From assembly GCA_020137815.1 (NCBI GenBank), contig CM035352.1, forward strand, positions 2,542,001-2,606,000: DNA of 64,000 nucleotides, read 5' to 3'. The DNA is from Hormiphora californensis. Lineage: Eukaryota > Animalia > Ctenophora. The notes beneath the pieces were generated by a model. That model did no database searches, was not told the origin of the DNA, and saw only the letters and a list, made by a program, of their open reading frames with translations. Positions 28,771 through 39,605 of this stretch are shown here, in pieces (the stretch's first letter is position 1; each line of letters begins with the position of its first letter). The position numbers were made by a program, and so were the translations under genes.

Positions 28771-31700
28771 ATGTCTGATTACTCCGACTACAGTGATGAT
28801 GAAGATGATGGACCAGCACCCCGAGTTTACTCAGGTGAGCAGTGGGTTTAATTCAACGAGAAGTATCAATTCAAATTGAAAAAAATAATCTTGATATCAC
28901 CCCTCTTCTTTCAGGGAAAAACACAGCGGCCACAGCCAACGATCTCCAGCACCAGTTGACTCGTTTTAAATCAAAGTATAACAAAAGCAACAAAGAAAGG
29001 GAGCAACTATCAAGAAAAGTAGCTGATCTTGAAGGGTAAGTAGTAATTGAAATAGACCTCATTGATTGGTTACTGATCGTATCTTCCTCTCAGGAAACTA
29101 ACCGAGTATGGAGATTTAAAAAAGTTGTATGACAGTACACGACTGGAACGTGACGTTGAGCGTCGTTCGTTTGAAATACAATTAGCAAACGAGGCAGATC
29201 AGAACAAGAAGTTACAGACTCTGCTAAAGCAAAATGGGTCAAGTCTTGCCGAGCTGGAACGGAGACATAAGGAGCTAGCAGAGCTAAACAAACAAAATGA
29301 AGCGAAACTGTTCCAAAGCAAAATCGGTATGACCACAGACCAACAACATCATTTTAAACCCTATAGTACATCCTGATTGCAGATATATATGAGAGGGTAC
29401 ATTGTACAACCGTTACTTTTTTCACTCTATATTTTCAGATCACGCGGGGGTTGTTAGTAATGTAGCCAGCCTTGAGGAACAACTCGCCCAGACAAAAGAT
29501 GAGTTACAAAGTTCCAGAGAGATCGTTATGGAACATACTAACTCACTTCAACTTCTTACTGGGGAACGCTCTGCGCTGTTGGTACGTGTTCTAAATTCAT
29601 TCTCCAATGCCATATGGTCATTTTTTTTTTAACTTGTGCAAAATTTTTTCCGAAAATGACATAAGTTCAGTTTTTTCGACTTTTATCATAGTTTTTGTCA
29701 AAAAATATTATTTTCCAACGAATATTATGTGTAAAAGTGTATAGGGAATAGATTTACAGGCAAAATAAATTAAAAACTCACCTCGTGAGGTGCCGGTGAC
29801 CATGTTTGCAAAAGCGTGTGCCATTCCGTCAAATTTTAATATTTTTTCCTAAAATTTTCGAAAATATGCTGAAAAATGTCCATAATAAACACCATTAAAA
29901 TATGTAAGCAAACTTACTCAATCTATGAGGTGCAACCGGTGTTTAAAGTTACACTGTATACTTACAGCTACTTTTAAGCCCGTAGCACCTCACGTTTCAC
30001 GACTTTTCCTAGCTAGATACTTGCAGTAGACTCAAAACCATCATTTGTACCAAAAAAGTTCCAAAAATTTTGCTCAATGAGTGAGGTGCACCCAAAAAAC
30101 TGTATTTTCTTCAAACGCTAATTGCACCTCACTCAGTGAGTATATAGTTCTGAAAGTGGCCTTAATTTGCTCATATGACATCCCCAAACACTACCTAATC
30201 GATTCCAAGGTCATTGCTCAACCTGTGAGGTGCACTGGAGAAGTAGGTAAAATATGTCATTTTTTGAGGGTCTGCACCTCACTCGCTGAGTAATTTTTAG
30301 AGCAAATTTTCGGTAAATCAGGAGGGAAATTGTCTAATCTTGCTTTATGCCAAGTTTCAATTCTTTATTTACTCATTTGACCCCTAGTGAGTAAACTTTT
30401 AGCTCTAAAATCGGCTTGCACCTCACCAAATGAGTAAATTTTTCCATGGTTTTCACCTCATCTGATGAGTGAGAAATATCCCCACCATTTCTGAAAGTTT
30501 GGAGATTTTTGATCAAACGGTATTTCTACAAATCGGGGGCACCTCACGATAGCACCTCACGGCGTAGAAATGCTATAGCACCTCACTGGAGTAAGCTAGA
30601 GACTTCGTTCTTTCACTAAATTGAACTTTTAATATTTCTCGATTTTTTGAGGTGCTGAGTAAATTTCCAGTGGCCACAGCTATTTTGCTATGATCATTTG
30701 AAAAAATTTGGTAGTTGCACAAGTTAAAAAAAAAATGACCATATGTTACTTCTTTAATTATGTTACTCCGTTAATTTTATCCCTTATAGAACGAGGAACA
30801 GTTGAACAAGGCTCGTATTAAGGAGCTATTTAATGAACTAAAGGAGTACAAGAACAAATACAACGAAGTGGACAAGAGCTATGGAGATCTCAGTCAGAAA
30901 CATGCCAACCTAAAGGTATGGAATCATACAGTTAGAATAATTGGATACTGCGTTGTTTGTACTGACAGAGTCTGAACAAATCAAATCCTTGGTTAATATT
31001 TAGTTGTCTCGCTCAGTCTGATTTGTATAATATTTGTAAACAGCAGTGAATTTTTATCAGGCACTAACGAACACCAACGCAAGCCAACTCAATAAAAGTA
31101 TCACAGAGAGTAAAGAGGAAAGTTTCAAGCTAAGTGGAGAAAGGGATTCTCTCCAATTGAAGCTAACACACACTCAGTTAGTTGTTGTTTATTGGAGTAT
31201 TTTCAGTCAATTACCAAATGAATATATTTTCTTGTTTTATTCGAGTAAGGTCGAGCAAGGCAAATATTTGCAATGTTTTAGAGACACACTAAAGGATACC
31301 CAGTCAAGTTTGGTGGAGATACAGGACCGGTATAAGGTGGAGAAAGAGGAGGGGGATAAGAATAAGGTGCTTCTGAAGCAGGCACAAATGAGCATCCAGC
31401 ACCTCAAGGTACTTTGATACACTTATAACTTGTCTCACAGAAGACGAAGCGTGTGTGACATTACAGTCATGTGTAGTATATCAACTCCTAATATACCTAT
31501 GTAGTATGTACAACAACGCTATAACAATACTACTAGTACTACAATGTACATACTAATTCAAGTGGAGAGATATATTTGAACCAGGGATCTACTACTGAAA
31601 TTATTGTAGTCATTCAGGACCTACCGACTAGTTAATTATCTGTTCATAATTATCTGTTCATTCAGGAACTCTATGGGGAGAAGGAAGTTCAAAATAACCG

Positions 31701-34700
31701 CCATGTTTCTGAGATAGAAAAACAACTGGGAGCTGTAACAAAGGAGCTCGATTCTACCCGTGTACAACTCAGAGAAGCTCAGGTAAGTGTTACAAGGGGG
31801 TGTTACAAGTAAAGGTGCTTGATTTATCACCAGTCAGACGTAGTTTTAGTAAGGGTAGGGAGTTCACTAAATCACATGTTCCACTTTCACACCCACGATT
31901 TAGGATCACAACATTTCACTGACCCACAATGGTTCCTTGGTTGAAGATAAACTGCAGACCTCCCTGGTGGAGTTGGACAGGGAGAGACAGTCTTTCCAGG
32001 GGGAACTACAACGAGTCACAGAAACTGTAGAGAATGATAAGGTTTGGAATTCTCAGTTGTGCTCTAAATCCCGCAGTAATAATTAATCATTCATTCATCT
32101 CATCCCCACCATCGATCATGGTTTCATTAGATTTCCTGGAGTGGCAAGGAGTGTCGATACATAAAGGAGATTAAAGGAACCAAGATGCAGATGGAGGAGC
32201 TGATAGAACACTACAAAAACGAGATACGGGATTTAACTGCCGAGCATGATCGGCAACATACACTTCTCGTGGTAAGGGGTGATATAGAACAGTGTTCAGA
32301 TATATCATCGAATTTAGTATTGGGTGGACCAATGAATATATATTGGTTGCTATCATTCTATGTTACTAAATGGTAGTTCTTCTAAGTACAACTGTGTCAG
32401 GAGAGCAGTGAGAAGCAGGTAGCAGCTCTTACCAAGATGATTGGGTTGAAGGAGGAGGAGCTGGGACAGTACCAACTACTGATATCACGTGTCATCCATG
32501 CACTCAGATCAGTCAACCCTTCACACCATCATCACCACCAAGCATTCCCATACTCACCCATTGTAGGTTTAGGAGATGGACAGACACATTGACACACAGA
32601 CACACAGACACACAGACACAGAGACGTAACCACTAACCACCCACTTCAACAGCTTCATCCATGACCTTGGACATCCCAACACTATATTTTGTTTCTCCAG
32701 GCCCAGCGTGGGGTGAGTAGTGCTACTAACTCAACAAGCAGTGAGCAGATTGCTACCCTGAACACAGAACTGGGTCATCTTACAGCCACCGTAGATCACC
32801 TCAAAGAAAAACTCAAACAGGTACTTACCTATAATCGGTAATTTCACTGAATACTGATATTCTATGGATGTTTTTATTGTTTTTACCCTGTACCGTGCCA
32901 CCTTGATTTGTTTGACCATGTGACATTTCCCCCTTGATAGATGGAAGAAGAGAAGCAGCATGAAGTTGTTAAACTGGAGAAGTTAGCAGAAGAAAAGAAC
33001 ACCTTATTCACGGCTAAAAGTGAAATTGAAATGTAAGCTATAACAAATTCTCAAAAGTCGATCGTCTTGGGTTCAGTTTCAGCTAACTGTACAATTTCAG
33101 AGAGTTAAGTAAACAGAGAGATGCCTTCAAGGATGAGATCAGAGCACTGAAAAACGATCTAAAGAATGGTGAAAATAAATACGAGGTAACATCTTGTGAT
33201 GTTTTACTTTTAGAATTTTCAGAATAATTGGCCCGTGCCCAACTTGTCGAGTCTTCTTACCCAAATAATCCTATTCAAACAAGCTGCTACCCCAATGTGC
33301 AGGTGTTGAAAAAGAAGTTAGAGTCAACGAGGGAGGAGATTGGGAAAATGGAACATGAATTGAGGGGTGCTCAGACTGCCTTGACAGACAAAGGCAACTG
33401 TAACACAAAATTAGAGGAAGAACTAGGTACTTTTTCCATCATATTTTGTTTCTCGACCCCATTCCCCCACCCTTATTATAACTCAGGGTGCATCTTTGGT
33501 AGGGGGGCTTTAATGGCTTGTGTCCCGGAAATGTACACACAACACAAGCACACACAATGGTTGCTATGGTAACTAGCCCCCTGTATAGTCCCCCTGTGGT
33601 TACCAGCAATTTTAGAAGTCCCCTAATCGATTGCTCTTATTATAGTGTATAATTACATACTTTGGTGTATACCTTCTTTTCTCTTTATTTCACTCTCTCT
33701 CTCTTTCTATTTCCCTCTCTCCATTTCTCTCTCCCTATCTCACTCTCTCGCTCTCTCTATCTCTCTTCATCTCTTTCTTCGCCAGGGACTTTAAAAACAG
33801 AAAACAGTGTGGTAACACATCAACTAAACGAAGCGAAGATTTCTGTTGCTGAACAATTGACTGAGATACAAAATCTCAAAACAAGGTAAAAACTAAACAC
33901 AGTTGCTATAATTGATAGTGTATGTGTATGTGTATGCAGCTTCTATAATAGCTATAGACCATTGGATCATTGATAATAATTGTCAAATGATTGTCGAATA
34001 AAATTTGATATATTCTACTGGCGTCATATCTGGACACCGGTTCCGCTGATATGAGCCAGACAACAGAGTCAGCCGCGGTGAGTCTCTAACAGCTATTTAA
34101 TATTTTCCCAGGGTAACAGTACTTCAAGAGGACAGCAAGAGTATCCGATTAAAATGTGACGAGAGTCTGAACAAAGTCAAAGAGAAGGAGGATCAACTGA
34201 AAACAGTGAACGATCGGATCTCATCGTTCCAACAGCAGATACATGCCGATCAGATCAAGGTAATTGCAGTAGAGCGCGCAGTGTGCGCACTGGTGAAAGT
34301 GTTTAGTTTCAGCAGTAGCCATAACAGAATCTTCTGTAGCACATGGAGGAGTTATCGAGCCAGAAGGATAGTTTCACCGACCAGATTCATGTCTTGGAGG
34401 TGGAGTTGCGGGACACTAAAAATGATAGGGATAGTAAGAAGTCTTTAGTTGATGATCTACGACAAAAGATAACTGACAAGAGCCAAGAAAAGGTAGAAAA
34501 TTTGCGCCCCAAATGAAGATTCGTCTTTACATTTTCTCCCAGTCCAATATCTCTATATTATTACGGTAGAACACTATAATAACTACCTCTAAGATTGACT
34601 AATCCCAACTGTCATCTCCAGGTGTCAGCAATTGAAGTACCCGCTGGAGTATCAGAAGAGGCAGCCCTACAATACCGGGAATTACAGGAGCGATTCCAGA

Positions 34701-36663
34701 GTCAATGTTCTGAGTTACACCAGATAAAATCGGAGAAAATAATCGCTGATAATACAGTCAGCCAACTGAAATACAGTGTTGATAGCGAACGAGAGAAACT
34801 GGCTGCAACTGAACTGGTAAACACTTAAAGTTGATACCCCTTTATATGTATATATTTCCGGGACTAGCCAAACTTGTTGAGTAAGGTACCCGGCACCCCT
34901 TTTTCAACAATGCCAAACTATAAGGTTTTCCCTTCTCTAGGCAGTAAAGGACACCACGATAAAACTGAATGAAGTGAAGGACAAGGTGGCATCAGTTCAG
35001 ACCGAGTGTAATAGGAAGTCTAATGAGATATCGAGACTAACAGAGCTCCTTCAAGTTGAGAAGGAGAGGAACTCTAGAAATAGTTCCGATGTTGAGGATT
35101 TCAGAGTCACCACTGCCAAGCTGAATGCAACTATAACTAGTTTGAAGGAAGATATATCAAAGCTCAGGGAAGCCGTAAAGAGAGAGGTAGGTGTTTGTTT
35201 GACATGTTCTCAGTCTGTTGGCTCTCACACTGGGCATTCGGCTTGCACTAGCATGACAAGTGTTTGCTACCCCCGCCCCCTTTTCTGGGTACAGCTGTTA
35301 GCGAATGTGTACCAAATCTCTTATATTAATATTACCACCCCCTATTACCAGTCTGTCTGAAATCCGGTGTTTCGACCAAACGATTTTGGGGATGTGGGAG
35401 GGAATGACAACCTTTGTTTGTGCTTACCAGTACAATGATTTGCCCATCGTATCGGAATAATAAATTTTTAACTTTTATTTCAAATTAAACTCTATTTTTT
35501 TTCCTGATTTCTGAATGCTAGTGTTATAAAAGAATGAAATAGTGGCTTCTTTTGTATCACTGTTCCGGTTCGTCTGTATATTGAGTGGGGTAATTACTCA
35601 ACTCCGTGATGATGACGGCGCTCTTCAACTCCGTGATGGTGACGGCGCTCCTCAACTCCGTGATGATGACGGCGCTCTTCAACTCCGTGATGGTGACGGC
35701 GCTCCTCAACTCCGTGATGGTGACGGCGCTCCTCAACTCCGTGATGGTGACGGCGCTCCTCAACTCCGTGATGGTGACGGCGCTCCTCAACTCCGTGATG
35801 GTGACGGCGCTCCTCAACTCCGTGATGGTGACGGCGCTCCTCAACTCCGTGATGGTGACGGCGCTCCTCAACTCCGTGATGGTGACGGCGCTCCTCAACT
35901 CCGTGATGGTGACGGCGCTCCTCAACTCCATGATGGTGACGGCGCTCCTCAACTCCGTGATGGTGACGGCGATCCTCAACTCCGTGATGATGACGGCGCT
36001 CCTCAACTCCGTGATGGTGACGGCGCTCCTCAACTCCGTGATGGTGACGGCGCTCCTCAACTCCGTGATGATGACGGCGCTCTTCAACTCCGTGATGGTG
36101 ACGGCGCTCCTCAACTCCGTGATGGTGACGGCGCTCCTCAACTCCGTGATGGTGACGGCGCTCCTCAACTCCGTGATGGTGACGGCGCTCCTCAACTCCG
36201 TGATGGTGACGGCGCTCCTCAACTCCGTGATGGTGACGGCGCTCCTCAACTCCGTGATGGTGGCGGTCTTCACCATTTACAGCCATTACGGCCAAGGCCA
36301 CGAATAAAATGATTTTCATTTTTACCAGTCTAGGGAAGATGTAATATTATTTATTTATTTAAATTAGGCTTGGACAAATATATAATTTGGGTGACAAGTC
36401 CCATGTTCACAGTAAACAGTTGTAGTACATGTTAATATGGTACCGCAAACATGGAACCATAATTTCAAATCCCCTCTCGAACTAGCTAACAACAAACAGC
36501 TAATAAAAAGTTGGACAACTAGCTGAGCAACATGGCACTGTGTTATATTACTTGTTATGCAACTACTAGTACTGGTATAAAGCATAGTATTTGTAAACGT
36601 TGGTAGTGTAAATTAGTCTCCATATAGTCATTGTACTAGTACTTACCTTGCATTTTGTACAGC

Positions 36664-36694
<31 letters not shown>

Positions 36695-38116
36695 AGTTGG
36701 TCCACCTGCCACCACCTCCAATCGGTTTCCCCCGGGCAACGGGGTCACACGGAGTACCTTTTTCCCCATCCCCTTTTCCCCCTGTTCGATTTCCAGGTCC
36801 GTGTGGCCGCGGCTGAGCGTGGCTGTGTATCAGAAATACGGAAAAAAATCAGAAAATACAAAATACAAAAACATCTTGGCAAGGCGGCCCACAGTGTATT
36901 ATCGCCAACTATTATGTTCCTACCCCGCCTTCTCCGGCTCAGGGTTACCAGTGGAACAGGCATCTTCCAGCCAACTGTGGACCCCCAACGCCCCTTTATC
37001 CGCTAACCAATACTGTTTTTGTTCTACTAGCCCCCCTAACCCACTTCTTCCATTTTTGATAGGGTTCTGCATCGGAGATGATTATTTGGAACGGGGTGGC
37101 TGTCCTCTCTGGAGCGGGGTCAGCTGTCTTTACTGGAGCGGGGTTAGCTGTCCTTACTGGAGCGGGGTCAGCCGTCCTCTCTGGAGCGGGGTGGCTGTCC
37201 TCTCTGGAACGGGGTCAGCTGTCTTTACTGGAGCGGGGTCAGCTGTCATTACTGGAGCGGGGTCAGCTGTCTTTACTGGAGCGGGGTTAGCTGTCCTCTC
37301 TGGAGCGGGGTGGCTGTCTTCTCTGGAGCGGGGTGGCTGTCTTTTCTGGAGCGGGGTCGGCTGTCCTTACTGGAGCGGGGTCGGCTGTCCTCTCTGGAAC
37401 GGGGTGGCTGTCCTCTCTGGAGCGGTGTCAGCTGTCTTTACTGGAACGGGGTCAGCTGTCTTTACTGGAACGGGGTCAGCTGTCCTTACTGGAACGGGGT
37501 CAGCTGTCTTCTCTGGAACGGGGTGGCTGTCTTCTCTGGAACGGGGTCAGCTGGCTTCTCTGGAACGGGGTCAGCTGACTTTTCTGGAACGGGGTCAGCT
37601 GGCTTCTCTGGAACGGGGTCAGCTGGCTTCTCTGGAACGGGGTCGGCTGTCTTCTCTGGAACGGGGTCAGCTGGCTTCTCTGGAACGGGCTGGCTGTCCT
37701 CTCTGGCTCGACATGTAATCATCATCCATTTGTGTTTTTTTTTTCGCTCGTACCCGTTCCTGCTTGTTTTAGGCTGCCTTAGATTCAGACGGTTTGCTTC
37801 TTCAGTTCCTGATAAGTTGTCTCTTCTTAGAATTCATTGTAGCAGATTGGGCTTCTTTGCAGATAGTTTAGGAGGTCTTGTGCTCCGTCACCATGAGCTT
37901 TAATCCCACTTTACTTCCCCCTTTTTAAAATCATCCCCTTTCCTTAACCCATATGTACATAGTTAAATTTACCCGTATGTACATTGTTCTACCTACCCTA
38001 CCTTTACTCCGCAGGCCCTCCGGGCCCTCAGATCCAACAGGATCCGGGTCCGGGGGATTTAACCCTGCTCTTGCATGGGGCCTCACGGCCCCATGTGGGA
38101 GTGGTGCGTGTAGTGG

Positions 38117-38175
<59 letters not shown>

Positions 38176-39560
38176 TAGATAGAGAGAGAGAGAGTATATT
38201 TATTCTTCTTCAAAACATTTCCTGCATTTATAAAACTTTTACAGGGATAGAGAGAGAGAAAGAGATAGAGAGTGAGTTATAGAGAAGGGGACATGTTGAG
38301 AAGGAATATTGAGACAAAATATTAACAGTTGGAGGGGGGTAACCTACCGTGTGGGGCAATAAAAAGTCCCCCCCCCCTAAGTCTACCATAGTTCCAGGTA
38401 TCGTGGAGTGCTAAAATTTGGTACAGCTATAACTCTATGCATATGAGACAAATAAATAACTTGACCAAAATTTCAGACCTCTAGCTCAAAATTCATTTTT
38501 TATCGGAATGAACATGGTCATTCATTCCAGAAAAAAATCGGAGATGATTATTTGGAACGGGGTGGCTGTCCTCTCTGGAGCGGGGTCAGCTGTCTTTACT
38601 GGAGCGGGGTTAGCTGTCCTTACTGGAGCGGGGTCAGCCGTCCTCTCTGGAGCGGGGTGGCTGTCCTCTCTGGAACGGGGTCAGCTGTCTTTACTGGAGC
38701 GGGGTCAGCTGTCATTACTGGAGCGGGGTCAGCTGTCTTTACTGGAGCGGGGTTAGCTGTCCTCTCTGGAGCGGGGTGGCTGTCTTCTCTGGAGCGGGGT
38801 GGCTGTCTTTTCTGGAGCGGGGTCGGCTGTCCTTACTGGAGCGGGGTCGGCTGTCCTCTCTGGAACGGGGTGGCTGTCCTCTCTGGAGCGGTGTCAGCTG
38901 TCTTTACTGGAACGGGGTCAGCTGTCTTTACTGGAACGGGGTCAGCTGTCCTTACTGGAACGGGGTCAGCTGTCTTCTCTGGAACGGGGTCAGCTGGCTT
39001 CTCTGGAACGGGGTCAGCTGACTTTTCTGGAACGGGGTCAGCTGGCTTCTCTGGAACGGGGTCAGCTGGCTTCTCTGGAACGGGGTCGGCTGTCTTCTCT
39101 GGAACGGGGTCAGCTGGCTTCTCTGGAACGGGCTGGCTGTCCTCTCTGGCTCGACATGTAATCATCATCCATTTGTGTTTTTTTTTTTCGCTCGTACCCG
39201 TTCCTGCTTGTTTTAGGCTGCCTTAGATTCAGACGGTTTGCTTCTTCAGTTCCTGATAAGTTGTCTCTTCTTAGAATTCATTGTAGCAGATTGGGCTTCT
39301 TTGCAGATAGTTTAGGAGGTCTTGTGCTCCGTCACCATGAGCTTTAATCCCACTTTACTTCCCCCTTTTTAAAATCATCCCCTTTCCTTAACCCATATGT
39401 ACATAGTTAAATTTACCCGTATGTACATTGTTCTACCTACCCTACCTTTACTCCGCAGGCCCTCCGGGCCCTCAGATCCAACAGGATCCGGGTCCGGGGG
39501 ATTTAACCCTGCTCTTGCATGGGGCCTCACGGCCCCATGTGGGAGTGGTGCGTGTAGTGG

Positions 39561-39605
<45 letters not shown>

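Noticed and set aside
35597-36271. 27-bp repeat array as a CRISPR array
   Set aside because: The repeats are contiguous with no unique spacers, there are no cas genes, and the context is eukaryotic.
35542-36312. Alternative ORFs over the array (DGDGAPQLR, VMVTALLNS and ELRSAVTIT frames)
   Set aside because: They are open only because the unit length is a multiple of 3 without stops. They rely on non-ATG or poor starts, and the repeat variants change their amino acids.
38017-38119. Hammerhead ribozyme in the structured module
   Set aside because: No CUGANGA/GAAA core is visible on either strand.
36648-39226. ORFs through the 23/24-bp minisatellite (GSAVFSGT, PVPEKPAD and LERGQLS repeats)
   Set aside because: Mixed 23/24-bp units constantly shift the frame, and there is no credible start or signal peptide.
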